Under the pieces are notes generated by a model, which was given only the letters and a program-made list of their open reading frames with translations, searched no databases and was not told the DNA's origin. A stretch of 64,000 nt of DNA from Girardia tigrina (lineage: Eukaryota), in NCBI GenBank assembly GCA_001938485.1, contig MQRK01228128.1, positions 71,853 to 135,852 of the forward strand, given 5' to 3'. A program made the translations under genes and the position numbers. The first letter of the stretch is position 1. Every line of letters starts with the position of its first letter. Shown here piece after piece: positions 1 through 13,299 of the stretch.

Positions 1-119
1 GGACAAATGTATCATTAGTAATGGAGCATATTTGAATAAAGCTTTTTTTATCGTTCTTTTGTTTTTAACGTATTTCTTTTCAAAATTTAATCCGCATTTC
101 ATACTTGTACACCTAATAA

Positions 120-935
120 TAGAAGTATGATAAAAGGTTTGTTATTTGGTGTTGGTCTCTATCATCAACATATGAAAAAGCAGATGCCAGCATAGATGCA
201 AACTAACAGAACTATTGCAGAAAAATGGCTATTCGAAATCATTTTTGGAAAAACTAACTAATGAGACGATCAATAAAATAATGAATAAAGAACATGAGGG
301 CAAAGACGAATTAAAACCCGATAAATTATCTAATGAAAATTCTAATATTGGATATACGCTAATTGTTCCTTATTCAGAAGGTTACAAAAAATTTAAATCA
401 TCTATTTTAAAGTCAATTAATAGTAAAAATTTGAATTTAAAAATCATTTCTAAATCTTACAAAATTCAAAGAATGTTCAGCAATAAATCTCGTACTCCTT
501 TGATTTTATGTTCCAATCTGGTTCATCAATATTCGTGTAATGGGTGCAACACCACATAAATTTGAGAGACGTCTCGTCATCTCTGTAAACGGATTTATGA
601 GCATGGACGATTGGGTAATGGCAGTAATATGTTTGTAGATCGGAGGTGAAAACAACTAATTTTAAAATATTGTGCAAGAATTGTAAAAAATATTGGGAGA
701 GAGTTACTTGTGAGACATTATTAATTGAATCACTTTATCCGTCCATTAATGTCCAAACAAGTCTCTCTTCCAATTTGTTGAAAATATTTAATTAGTTATT
801 ACGCAAGATGTTTGCATAATCATCAATTTGCTATATATAAGACAGCGAAATTGTCGTTAATTCAGCCTGAAGATGGTGGAAAATCCATCGAAATATATTG
901 TGACAATAAAATTTGAGTTTAATGGTGTTCTGGAT
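120..935 (+). mobile_element. Penelope-like retroelement 3' fragment (RT C-terminus, GIY-YIG endonuclease, pseudo-LTR tail)
   Basis: L.KNGYS, IVPYS, LVHQYSCNGCNTT*I*ETSRHL..RIYEH and FKILCK motifs, followed by a hammerhead motif and AATAAA. Confidence 0.85.
861..904 (+). ncRNA. Minimal type I hammerhead ribozyme motif (Penelope-associated)
   Basis: CTGAAGA-T-GGTGG(AAAAT)CCATC-GAAA-TATATT. 5-bp stem II, palindromic AATATATT stem III, short stem I (TCAGC/GTGA, one bulge). Confidence 0.7.
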
Positions 936-994
936 TAATAGTTTTTATAATAATATATTTTAAAATATATCTAATATATAATACAAATATAAGA

Positions 995-1208
995 AACTCA
1001 ACTCCGACTCCTATATTTTTTAAATGTCTGACTCCAACTTCGACTTAGTCTTCGACTCCTTTTTAGGTTAATTTATATTATTTGTTATTATTTTGGTCGG
1101 AGTCGAATTACACGACTGCGTCTTAGACTCTGACTCCGACTCAAACTCCGACTTTGACTCCTACTTACTCAAAAATCCTTAAACTCCGACGCCGACTCTG
1201 CAGCCCTG
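995..1208 (-). mobile_element. End of a non-autonomous hAT-like element with (ACTCCG)n subterminal repeats
   Basis: Repeated GACTCC/ACTCCG units ending in GCAGCCCTG (reverse complement CAGGGCTGC, a hAT-like terminus). Confidence 0.5.
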
Positions 1209-2032
1209 CTGATTAGTGCCGGACGCCTTTTTATTTTTTCTTTATTCCTCAAGTTTGGTTGGATGGCTTTTAGCGTCTTGAATTAATTAAGTAACCGATA
1301 AATTATCACAATATTGATTTTAGAATTTTGATTTCAATCTCTCTTTTTATTCATATATAAAAATCCAATGTTAATTTATCTTCTTTTAATTTATATATTT
1401 TTTATATATTACTTTATATTTTTTATATTACTTTATGTTTTTGTAATGATTTTTGATTCCATGAATTACTTTTAAATGTTTATTCTTCTTTTTGTACTTA
1501 TAACTAATCATCGATTGAAGTACATTTGTTCATTTACAACTGTTTTCGACTTTCTTTGATGCAAATGGTATAAATATTTTGTACCGAGTTTAAGAAATAC
1601 AGGAAAATATTAAAAAAAACAAACTTAACATATTCTAAGTTACAATTTATTTATAAATTATAATAAATAAAAAATTATGATTTTAGTATAAAACTATTCA
1701 AACCGATAACATAGTACAAAGAATGTGTTGGTGATATTTGAGTTTCGAATTTCGGTGTACGTGACAAATAAAGTTTATTTGAAAATTATTAGTTTGAATT
1801 CAAAATTAATTAAACCCTTAAATACCATTAATGCAATTGTAAAACGTAAAATGACTTCCTTCAAGAAAAAATTATTCTACTATTAAACACATCATCTATC
1901 AATTTTTATCCGATAATTAATCACAGAAAGCAAAATATATATTCAATTAATAGCAAGAGCATTTTATTAGTGATAGAATTTGAAATCCCTTTATGTCTGT
2001 TAAAGTTCCTGATCTTGAATATCCTTTGGGGA

Positions 2033-4096
2033 CAGGGCCTTTTAAAGAAATTTTCATTGAGGCCACAAGAAATCTGGGATGGTCATGTGCCGAAATACGA
2101 TATCTTTTTATCTTGGATGAAAATAGTTATTTTACCTTGATTTTTATAATGAATTTTCCTATTCTAAACAGTTTTTTATCAAGTGTTCTTAGATTTAAAA
2201 GAAGAAAATTCTCAAGTCACTTGACCCATAACATTTTACGGTCAGTTCAACACGAGTTATATTACACAACACTTCTATATACGTTACTTTTAAAAAAAAT
2301 AATTGGTAACAAAGTCGTTTTCTGAATAAATATCCAGGGTTAGGTTTCTTTCTCATCTTTCTTTCACTCAACATAATTCTACCACAGCACTGTGAGGATC
2401 AAATTGGCAGGTACCCTTTCAATTCATTTCGATCATCATGCGAGAGTTGGCTATTTCAGCTGAGGTGCTTGTACGATGGGCTGAAACGCTCAATTTGTAT
2501 AAAGAAAAAGCTTGTCAGGAAGTATGCTGTGAAGATTCAGTGTTACCGAAGACGATATTACTTTCAAAAGTACGCCGCTGCAGCGCTGTAGAAATGTTTT
2601 CAACTTCAATTAGGGTAAAGCATTTATTGACCATTTCTCAGTAGAGTCATCTGCAAAGCGCTGGATTTCTTCTGAAAACAAATGTAATGATATTTTCACT
2701 CCTGCATTGATAAGTGTTTTGAGTTCTGCTGTTTGCAAAAGAGTTAATGTGCCTTGGACAACTTCTTCTTATTCAACATCAAACTGCTCTTCAAGATAAT
2801 TCTGTGCTGATTATCAATTTTGAGGAGCACCACATAATGATTTCTTATAGTTGGCATATTCGTGTTAACAGCTCTTAAAATGAGTCTCTGTTTCCTGGGG
2901 CTGTAGTTTCCTTTCCTCTCCACCAGGATAGGGGGCCCTAGATATAAGGTCTAATTTACAAAGTACTGAATCTCTATTGCTTATTATCTCTGGTAGAATC
3001 AGGTAGTCACGCTGTAATTGCTTTTGCAAATCACGAAATATTTTCAAAACATCAACTATGAGACCGTTAAGCGTAACTTAATGCTTATCGTTCTCATTTA
3101 ATACTACATAGAAAAGACTGTCGAGACGGAGCGATCGACCCCGCGATTGAATAAATTGACTGTTACGTAGATTAAAATTACATCTGGGACAAGTCAGGTT
3201 AAACATCAACTGTTATAGTGTAATTGGTTGTACTATTTAGATGCCGGTAATACGGTAGCTAGCGAATGCATTGAACTCGATCAATTAAACAGTATTGCGG
3301 ACGCGGTTACACACAACGACCCGTCCCGCAATAACTTCATTCTCGCGAAGACTTAATAATTTTGGACCTGTTTACTTGAGTTAGATACCTTTAGAGTAAG
3401 CTGTTTGCAGAAAGAGTTCTTATCAGACTGTCATTATAAACGTCCTAGGTGAGTGAGATAAGAAACTCCACAACTTCCTCACGGTACTTTTGCTAACATT
3501 TCAGCCAAGGGTGATGAGCAGACTTAATTTTCCACTGTAATTCTAAATCTACATATCACGCTGCTGCCTTATGGAAGATTGAGTCAAGGTGATCTATGGC
3601 AACGTTTGACAGTTGTATCTTCACGGCAACCATAAGCCCCGTAAATAGTGCAATTGTGAGCAAACTTGAAAACTACATTTACAAACTTTTCACACGCTCT
3701 ACATTTCATATATTGTATTTTACACTTTCCTTCAGCATGTTCTAACATATATGCTTCAAAGAAGTCATTAATATTTTCTACTTACCATTTCACACTCACT
3801 TTTCTGTGCTTGTACCATTTCGTAGTATTGTAAGATGTGCTGATAGTGGATTTTTCTGTTGCGAAGGAGCCAATGTGTGTATTTGTGATTGAGTCTTCTG
3901 CTATAACAGCGAAGTTTAAATTTTCTGTTGTTGCAAAAGCATCAGGTTATGATCACAAAAATAGAAAGGTAGTTTTAAAAATCGATTTAAAAAAATTGCC
4001 TCCCCAGTCCACAATTTTGCCTTTGACTGGGGGGGGGCATTTTCGGTCACTGGGGAAGCAAAAGCCCCCCCAGTCAATATGTTATAAAAGGCCCAG
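2033..4096 (-). mobile_element. Decayed hAT DNA transposon
   Basis: TIRs CAGGGCCTTTTAAA / TTATAAAAGGCCCAG and degenerate 8-bp TSD (TTTGGGGA/TAAGGGGA). Minus-strand remnant AFSLYKL..SAHRTS...RMMIEMN..G..QFDPHSAVV resembles the hAT dimerisation domain. Confidence 0.75.
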
Positions 4097-4359
4097 TAAG
4101 GGGATTCAGCAATATGGACATCAGTGCTCCCCCATCCAGGCCACAGCTCAAATAACAATATAAAAAGTTAAAATATACCGAAAATCTAAACGTTTCCATT
4201 GATAGTAAAAATGAAAAAATCTGTCCTTATCAAGACAAAAAATTAATCCAATAAAATACAAAAAAAAATTATTAAATTCGTTTTCCAAGTCAAGTGTCAA
4301 TTTAAACACTTTAAAAGTCAATCGAAATTCTAACACAAAAAATCACTCAAAAATTTTAA

Positions 4360-4632
4360 TAATAAAATAATTCAATATTTTCATTTTTATTGTTTAAATA
4401 GTCAATTCACAATGATTTATAAAATAAACATTAAGTAAAACAAACGATAATAAAAAAACAAGTTTTTCACAAAACTCATTTGAAAAAAAATTAAATTCAA
4501 AATGAAAAACAAGTTTTTTTTCGAAAAAAATCAAAACTTAATTATAAAACTCAGAACAAAAACACCCCAAGTTTTATATTAAAATGTCTTTAATTGTAAT
4601 AATAAGTTATCTAATTTGTTTTAATGTACAAC
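4360..4632 (+). repeat. ~270-bp direct duplication (second copy ~6590-6834)
   Basis: Shared blocks such as AAAACTCAGAACAAAAACACCCCAAGTTTT and AATAAGTTATCTAATTTGTTTTAATGTACAA. Confidence 0.85.
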
Positions 4633-4964
4633 GATTATGTACGATTAACTTGCGCTGTAATTCCGTAGAGGCCGTCTTAAAATTTTCAACTTTTTTTTTA
4701 TTTATTCAAACAATAAAATATTGTAATACAATAAAAGAATATTGAAATTATTTTGTATGATTTTACATAAAAGAAAAACATTCTTTTTCATAATAATGTA
4801 TTGATATGCAAAAACCTTGTTATAATATATAAAAACCTTATATTTATGTGTGAAATCTAGTACTAATTTTCTCCTCCATTACACACTTTTCTTTCCAATA
4901 CACACTCACCATATTTCAATACATATCCTCCTTAAATCAATCAGATAAATCTTTTAATAATAAA

Positions 4965-6589
4965 TGTTAAGAGAACTCACACATTTGACAGAACATTTAT
5001 TACATTCACATTTCTTATCATCTTTATGATGATCACTAGTATTGCTTTCACTTACATCCATCACTCAATTTTCAATATCTCCCATTATAATCTGAACTAT
5101 ACTTGACAAAATTATTTTATTAAAAAATATTTAATTTAAATTTTATTGGCTTAAATAAAATATTTCTATAGTCATTTTTAAACATTAATTTGATTTTAAT
5201 TATTTAAAAATTTACAAAAATAAAATCAATAAACTTATTTAAAAGTTGCAATAATAAAAATTAAAAATTTAAATATTAAATCTAAATTTAAATAAATTAG
5301 TTTCAGATTATAAGAAATTAAATATTGATAATCCATCTGATTTTGAGAGGCACAATCCCAAATCAACACATAACATTTAAACATGCAAGCACTACAAAAA
5401 ACAATTCTTCTTCTTCTTTTGACCTTAGCCGTTGGGCCGGGGGTGCACCCAATTATAAACAAGCCTTCGCTACATCTTTCTATTTGTAGCTTCTTTCTCA
5501 GACATTCCATACTCAGTCCAGTCCATTCTTTTAAATCGTCCATCCATTGCCTCTTTGGTCTTCTTCTTGGTCTTTCTCCTTCCACTCTTCCCTCAATCAT
5601 AACCTTTGCTAATGCTTGTTTTCTTATTTGATGACCGTACAATTTCAGCTTCCTTCTCTTGATGATCTCTTCTATTGATTCCGGTCTTTTACCTAGTATT
5701 TCTGTCACTCTCCTCCAAATAAAGTCATTTGTCTTCTTTTCTTTCCACGTGATCTTCAGCATTCTCCTGTAGCACTTCATTTCAAACGCTTTAAGCCCAT
5801 TCATACTCTTCTGATTTATTGTCCAACTCTCGCATCCATAGAGGAGTGTTACCCAGACAATAGCCTTAGTGATCTTCAATCTGCTCTTGAGATGGATTTC
5901 TTTGAGGTTAAAAACTGTGCTAAGCTCAATCATTGCGCTTGTTGATATATTAATCCGGCTTCTGATTTCTTCTTCGCTTCCACCATTCTCTGTGATAGTA
6001 GAGCCTAAATATTTGAAACTCCTTACTTGTTCCAGCTTCTCCCCTTCAATGAAAATCTCCAGTTTAACCTCGTTGTTATGGTTTCCTGAAACCATTACTT
6101 TGCATTTTCGTCTGTTGATTTCCATTCCGAAATTGTTTGACACTTTAATCTGTTCGTGTGTTCCTGAATCTCTGCCTCATCTTTGCCGATTAGGTCTATG
6201 TCATCAGTAAATCGTAGGTTGGTTATTCTTGTTCCTCCGCAGCTTATTCCAACATCGTCTAGATCTTCTATTGCTTCCATAACAATTCTCTCAAGAAAAA
6301 GGTTGAACAGTGTTGGTGAAAGAATGCAACCTTGTCTTACTCCTACTGATGATTTAAACCAGTCGCTAAATTGCTCACTTGTCAACACTTTTGTATTTGT
6401 ATCTTCATAAAGGCTCTTAATAATATTCGTGATATGTTTTCCTATGTTGTGTTTATTCATTGTGTGCCATAGTGCTTCGTGCCACACCCTGTCAAAAGCT
6501 TTATTGAAATCTATAAAGTTATGACAAATTATTCGTTTGTGGTCTCTTGTTTTCTCACAAAAACAATTACACACCGCATATTCCTCACA
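4965..6589 (-). mobile_element. Solo LTR interrupted by an RTE LINE
   Basis: Termini TGTGAGG...CTCTTAACA on the minus strand and 5-bp TSD ATAAA at 4960-4964 and 6590-6594. Close homologue at 54411-54853. Confidence 0.85.
5407..6558 (-). mobile_element. 5'-truncated RTE-clade LINE (reverse transcriptase, frameshifted)
   Basis: IDFNKAFDRV, GVRQGCILSPTLFN, LRFTDD, FKYLGS and LLYGCESW motifs. (AGA)n tail and 10-bp TSD AAAAACAATT at 5397-5406 and 6559-6568. Confidence 0.95.
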
Positions 6590-8339
6590 ATAAAATAATT
6601 TTTTATTTTTCTTTTTATTGTTTAAATTGTCAACTCAATGATTTATTATATAAACATAGAGTAAAACAAACGATAATAAAAAAAAGTTTCACACAAAACT
6701 CAATTGAAAAAAAATTCAAAATGAAAAAAAAACTTAACTATAAAACTCAGAACAAAAACACCCCAAGTTTTGTTTTATTAAAACATCTTTAATTATAATA
6801 ATGAATAAGTTATCTAATTTGTTTTAATGTACAACATTCATATACAATTAAGTTTTTTTAATTAATTATTAAACGTAAAAAACGAAACGGTTATCAGAAA
6901 TAATCAAAAAAAGTTTTCTTTCATTTTTTTTGTGTTCAAAGAAACCAAATAGAAACACCAAAACAAGTCCTAATAGTTTTCCTATAAGAAGAAATGTAAC
7001 AATTTGTTAAGAGTTTGTAGAAGAAGATAAGAAGAAGAACAGAAGAAGAAAGGAAAGCAAATCCTCAACAGCCGGGAATACGAGTGGGACCAGAAGATCG
7101 ATTGTTGCATGCAATCTGATAATTGCTGGATGGAACTAATTACATTTTACGGAATTAATTGTTGTTGATTATTCTCTCATTATTTTGCCACCCTTTTTTT
7201 AATTAAAAAAATCGATAACTAATTAAATTATGCAACCGACCTGAAGCTGTTACGCATTGTTTCTAAGTTTGTTTCAATGAATTAAATTTCTAATTCAATT
7301 AAACAATTACTCAGTTGATAATGGAACTGATGTGAGATGGTAATTGTATTCTATTGTCTTTTTTATGTTCTTTTTTCCTCTATTGCCCTTTTTTTCTATC
7401 AGGCAGAGAAAGTCAGTAAGAAAATTTGCATAATAAAACGAAAATTTTCCTTTAATTTTTTTTCAAGTAAAAAAAAATTCTGAAAATTAATTGATTAAAA
7501 ATATTTTAATTTTTTTTTCATAAAAAAATAATAAATTAATTTAATTTTAAAAATTTAATTTTGATAATTTATAATATAAAAAAAATCGTTGAAATAATAT
7601 TTTTAAAATGTTTTTTTTTCAAAAAAACATAATTAATGAATTTTAATTAAATTTAATTAATCGAAAAAATTACAAAAAATATTTTATAATGTTTTTATTT
7701 CATTTAAAATTTTTTTTAAAAAAAAATCAAATGTTTTTTTATTAATAATTATTTTAAAATTTTTCAAAATAAAAAACGTTTTGCTTTGTTTTTCAAAAAT
7801 AAATAAAAAAAATATTCTTTTCTTTGATTTTCTGAAAATTAGTTTTATTTAAAAAGAAAAAAAATGAGTAAAACTATTTTTTCCTGTTTTCATGAAATTT
7901 TTGAGCATTTATGTTAACGGAAATCAGTTCGAGAGTTTTTTTGAAATATAACCGACATTTAAACTGTGTCAGTTGTTTAAATCGTTATAAAGATTAAAAC
8001 AAAAAAAAACTTGCATTAATAGATACATATAAATTATATATTAACGAATCTTAGTTACATTAAATTTTTTTCTCTCCTTTTTTAAGTTTTATTAATTTTT
8101 TTAAAACTAAAATAAAAAGATAATGTGGAATAATTTAAACAATAAAATTGTAGGAAATAATTTTTTAAACATTAAAACATTATTTATGAAAAAAGTAATA
8201 AAAAGTTTAATTTTATAACTATTAAATTATATTATATTGTTACAATGTCATTTTATTTTATAGATTATTTTCGAAATAAAAAATTTATATTTTTAAAATT
8301 TTTTAATATTTATATTGATATAATTTATAATTTTAGCAA

Positions 8340-8871
8340 TGTGAGGAATATTTTAAATTTGGTATGTTGAAATTGGTTTGTTGAATTTTGTATGTTGAGT
8401 TTGGTATTTGGAAATGTGTTTCTCCCACCCAGATGGAAAATTGATATTTTGGATGTTCACGATAAATAATTATTCGAGTATAATTTGCATTTTAAAATAC
8501 AGCATAAGATATTTAACAACTTTAAAAATATTAAATTGTTTCAAATTTTCATATTAAAAATTTAAATAAAATAAATAGTTTTAACTAAGTTTTGAATTAA
8601 ATAAATGTTCTTTCTTTCAATAAAATATTTTTTAAATAAAATTAATATGTAAATAAAATTAATACTAAAATTACAAAATTTGAACTGTAAAAATAAAATC
8701 TTAAAATAATGAAAACTTTGTTCGAATAATTGTTTATTAACAAACATTAACAAAAAAATTATCAATTTAGAACGATGTCGAATGACGAGAGTTTCGTTGA
8801 GAATTGTCCAAAATACAATTCTGATTGTATTGAAAATAAAAGTTTGAAAACCCATGTTGGTGTTCTTAATA
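8340..8871 (+). mobile_element. Solo LTR (same family)
   Basis: Starts TGTGAGGAATATT, has the TCTCC.ACCCAGATGG motif, ends GTTCTTAATA. 5-bp TSD AGCAA. Confidence 0.75.
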
Positions 8872-9045
8872 AGCAATAAATAAAATTCACCATAAAAATA
8901 AAATACTTAAATAAAAAAATATTTCATTCAAATATTACCGAAAGGTTTTAACCAGGAAATTCCAAACGTTTTATTGCATCGACCCCCTCTTCACAAATTA
9001 TATTTAAGTTTAGTTAATGAAGGATAAAATATTATTAACAACTAT

Positions 9046-9496
9046 TATTAACAACATCACAATTTGAATATAAACATTTATTGATAACACAAACAGATTC
9101 TTCAGAACAATTTTCAGAGGTCATCTTTCTTTGATTGATAGAGTTTTTTGTTAATGTATTCAAATCTAAAAAATCAATGAATGGGAAAGTTTTTAATATT
9201 AATTTTTAATTTCTTAAATTTTATTGGATAAAAATGCATTGCGTAATTTTTTAAATGAACATTAATTTTAAAAATATATTAAATTTAATAAGTTAAAATC
9301 GTTTACTAAAAATATTATTAAAATTCATAATTATCAAACTTTAATTAATTAGTACTTAAAATTAATATCATTAAATTAATTCCATTAGATTCAAATAATC
9401 AATCAAATAACATATCAATCCCATCTGAGTAGGAGAGTCACAAATCTAAACAGCATACAAACAACAAACTTACAACTTTCCAAATTATCCCTCACA
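9046..9496 (-). mobile_element. Solo LTR (same family)
   Basis: CCTCACA terminus, CCATCTGAGTAGGAGA motif and 5-bp TSD ACTAT. Confidence 0.65.
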
Positions 9497-10674
9497 ACTA
9501 TCACAAACCATTTTTTAAAAACTTGTTTTTTAATGAAAAAATAATAACAATTGTGTTTTGTATTTCATTAAATTTAAATGAAAGAGAAAAATTTTTTCTC
9601 AAAATTTAAAATAAAAGTAAATGAAAAAAAGAAAATAGATAAATATATTATTGATGAATGATCTCTTCAATGTTTTATTCTTTTAAACTTTTCTTAACCC
9701 TCTGTCTATGTATTTATTTTCTGCAATCTTACTTTAATAATGTGTTCTACTTTGTCCATCTAAAAATATTTATACCATGATTAACAATTTTAAAATTGGA
9801 AGAAAACAAAAAATAAAAAAAACTTTCTTCATATCCTCTTTAATTTTTTTTCACAAAACGTTTTTGGTTGGCATCTATAGCTATTCTTTATAATTCAATT
9901 TCATATCCTCCTTTTACCAATTTACAAGAGTGTCGAGAAAAGGAAGTTTATTATTAACTTTAGATTCTATAATAAATTGAAAATTTAATTTTGAACTATT
10001 TCGCGCTTAATGGCGATTTATGTGCTGTTATAGTTCATTAAACGCTAAAAGTACGTAAATATGTTCTACTAGTTCTTTATATTTTTATTACCACTACTAC
10101 GCCAACAATCGATGAAACATTACAAGGAAAATTTCTATGAGGAATGTTCTGAATTGTTTGTTGTTTTATATTTTGCAAGCTTTCGAGTGCCATAGGTTGA
10201 TGAACACTGTTCTAATGTACACTAAATTTGGTACATTAATTCTTGTCTATGAAAAATATTTTTCAACTAACTATATTACAATTGACATGGGTGATTGGTA
10301 TCTGAATTCCAATTTTTTCTCTTAAATAAATCAAAACGATTTTGGGATTGCAAGTAATCTTATGTATTGTTAGGGGTATCAAATTTCGTGCTTATTGGAG
10401 AGATGAATCGTCATCTTAAGATCCGGATTATGGAATAAAAGATATTCTTTTTTTTCAAATTTTCAATGGAATTAAAATAATTGAAAAAATAATATGCAAG
10501 AAATTTTAGAGAATGATTTTTAAATATGGGAAGATGGAATCAGATACAGTCTTGAAAATATTGCCAGACTGTTCCATAAAAACGTCTTAAGGTTACCAAA
10601 GAATGTATCTAATGCATATCTATACAATCCAAAGACTAATGTGGGTGTGTGACTGAAATTTATGGGGGATGAAT

Positions 10675-11035
10675 GAGGACAGGTAGTTTCTCCTCTAACG
10701 TTTCTCCTCCGACGTTTCTCCTCCAATCGTTTCTCCTCCGGTCATTTCTCCTCCGACGTTTCTCCTCCGATCGTTTCTCCTCCGACGTATTTCCTCCGAC
10801 GTTTCTCCACCGAAAAGAAACTGATATAATTTGATTAAAAAACTTAATGATTAAAACTGCAAAAATTTTGCCATTGAATATTAATTTTTTGTCACTGTTT
10901 TAAAATTTTGTAATTCTAAATTCATATTTTTTTCATTTTATATAAAGATTTCGTCATTAAATATAACAATCGGAGGAGAAAAGTCGGATGAGAAATGTCA
11001 GAGGAGAAATGTCGGAGGAGAAATGATACGTACCC
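10675..11035. mobile_element. Foldback/Mutator-like MITE with modular TIRs
   Basis: About 9 TTTCTCCTCCG-like units on the left, inverted CGGAGGAGAAA-like units on the right. 8-9-bp TSD (G/A)GGATGAAT. Confidence 0.8.
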
Positions 11036-11949
11036 AGGATGAATACATGATCCAGTGACTATCCTTATTGCTTCAGATGGTTGCGTGTAAGTATGAAGTG
11101 GCAACAGGAACTGCTATGTTTTCGCTTCGATTCAAAAGGAGAATGGAATCTTCATCCACTTCAAAGAAAAAAAAAACAAAACTTCAAAACATTAAATTAA
11201 ATGTATGTTTTATTAAGTAAAATTATACTAAGAGAGTAAAATAAACAAGATATAATAAGATAATTCTTTTAAAAATCATTATTGTTTCAGAAAAAAGCTT
11301 CTTTTGTGCTCATTTTTTGTGTAATTCTGTCTCCGAACATATTCTTAACCCCGTCCCGACTTTCGACCAATTTAAAGATTGAACGTTTTGGGCTAATATT
11401 CTACATATTCTATCCAGCTTTTAATTTTTTACATATTTTCTGACACTCTCCATAAAATTGATCAGTGAATGGAATTGAATAGAATATTGCTGTATATTCA
11501 TATTAAATGATGTTGACTTGATAAATCTTTTGCAAGTCTTAGGCTTCTTAAAATGTCTTATATTAAGCAATGAAAACATACTAAACCCTCTGGTTGTGCT
11601 ACAAGAAAATCAAGCGGCTCTAGAAAATGCAGTTTCGTCGACCAGTTTCTTAATCTGTTTCTACAAGTGTAGAATCATTATTATACTTGTCGTCCTTGTT
11701 ATTTTATACACTGCAAGAAACTTTTCTTCTGAGTCAATTTACGCATTCGAAGGGTTAAATCTTATCTTCCATATCCTCACAAAACTAATAATATAATTTT
11801 CAAAATTATTAAATTTATTATAACTAATAATTAAAATATTATTATCATCTTCTTCTATTACTACTACTTTCAACGACCTTCATAAAGTAATCTTCGACTC
11901 TTTTCTCTTTAGCAATTGTTTATTAAAATAATATCTACATTTTTATTTA

Positions 11950-11952
<3 letters not shown>

Positions 11953-12003
<51 letters not shown>

Positions 12004-12053
12004 NNNNNNNNNNNNNNNNNNNNNNNNNNNNNNNNNNNNNNNNNNNNNNNNNN

Positions 12054-12088
<35 letters not shown>
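11953..12088. repeat. (TA)n microsatellite spanning an assembly gap
   Basis: Direct observation. Similar tracts at ~15533-15661, 20092-20121, 30898-30916 and 62714-62752. Confidence 0.95.
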
Positions 12089-12091
<3 letters not shown>

Positions 12092-12969
12092 AGTGTGTAA
12101 ATTCAATCATTTGTAGGATTGATGGAAGGATAAATGCGCTCATTATAATTATATTTAATTATTTTATTTAGTTGTTGATATCTGATATATTAATTTATCA
12201 ATTATTATTATTATTAAATTTTATTTTAGAAGATTATTTGAAGACTGCCGTTTATACGACCACATTAAATCCGCATCATAATATAATTAACTTTATTTAT
12301 TTATGTTTTCCTTTTCTTCAATTATCAATAATTGTTTTCCGGTAAAATTATATTAAATATATAAATTAAATGAAAATAAAATAAATTTTCTTAAACAAAA
12401 TTTAGAGATGAGAAATAAAATATAAAATGAAATTTCTGAAAGCAATCGAAACTAGTTTTAATCAATTGGAAATATAATAATAATTTATTGATATTTACAA
12501 TTCTATTAAAATATTAATAGCTTTTATTTAATAAAGACAAATTTATTATCACAAGGAAAGAGACAAATTATTTATTAATAAAAAGTCTACGCGTTTATTG
12601 TCACCCAAAAGGCAAAACAAACTCTCGTAAAGAATGAAAGAAGGAGTCAGTGTATTGTCTCACGAAATACTGAAAGACAGAAATATTAGGCAAATATTAT
12701 TAGGGAAATTCAAACAAAACCATTTAGAATATTTTTTATCAAATAAAATTAGTTTTATTTTTAAAATTTTAAATTAAATTAAAAATAAAACAAAACAAAA
12801 TTGTTGATAAAAATATTTATATTTAATTTAGATAACAGTTCTGCAATTTTATAAAATCTTTTTTTGTTAAGAGAATATTTAAAGAATAAAACATTAAAAA
12901 ATATAAAATTATATTTTCTGAAGAAAACCAATCTTAGTCATTTTAATTATTTTAAAATAGTACTTTCAA

Positions 12970-13212
12970 CCCCTTTCCATGATCAGTATTATTTGAGATT
13001 TTTGTGTCCGCGACATTTATGTGCTGCGAGTTCTATTCGCGTTACACAATTTGAGAATGTTATATGCGTATATAGCGAGTGTTTTGTTCCTGTAGAACAG
13101 AAAAAGTCGTGTTGAGCAGGAAACTAATTCAAGACATGGCGTGACAATACACGTTCGGATGGCTGGGGGAACACATTCCTTGCGAGATTATACGCGCAGA
13201 GAAGTAAAAGGG
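12970..13212. mobile_element. piggyBac-like MITE
   Basis: TCAA|CCCCTTT...AAAGGG|TTAA termini. Confidence 0.5.
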
Positions 13213-13299
13213 TTAAATAATGAACAGAATGTCAAGCATTTCCTGACCATTTTTATCTTATAAAATTTGTCAATTAAAATATTTATATAACAATACAAG

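Noticed and set aside
10688-10815. Repeat array superficially like a CRISPR
   Set aside because: Units are contiguous 14-15-mers with no unique spacers, and they have inverted partners and a TSD, so this is a MITE in eukaryotic DNA.
11349-11754. piggyBac-like element bounded by TTAA-CCC...GGG-TTAA
   Set aside because: Inverted-repeat similarity does not extend beyond 3-4 bases.
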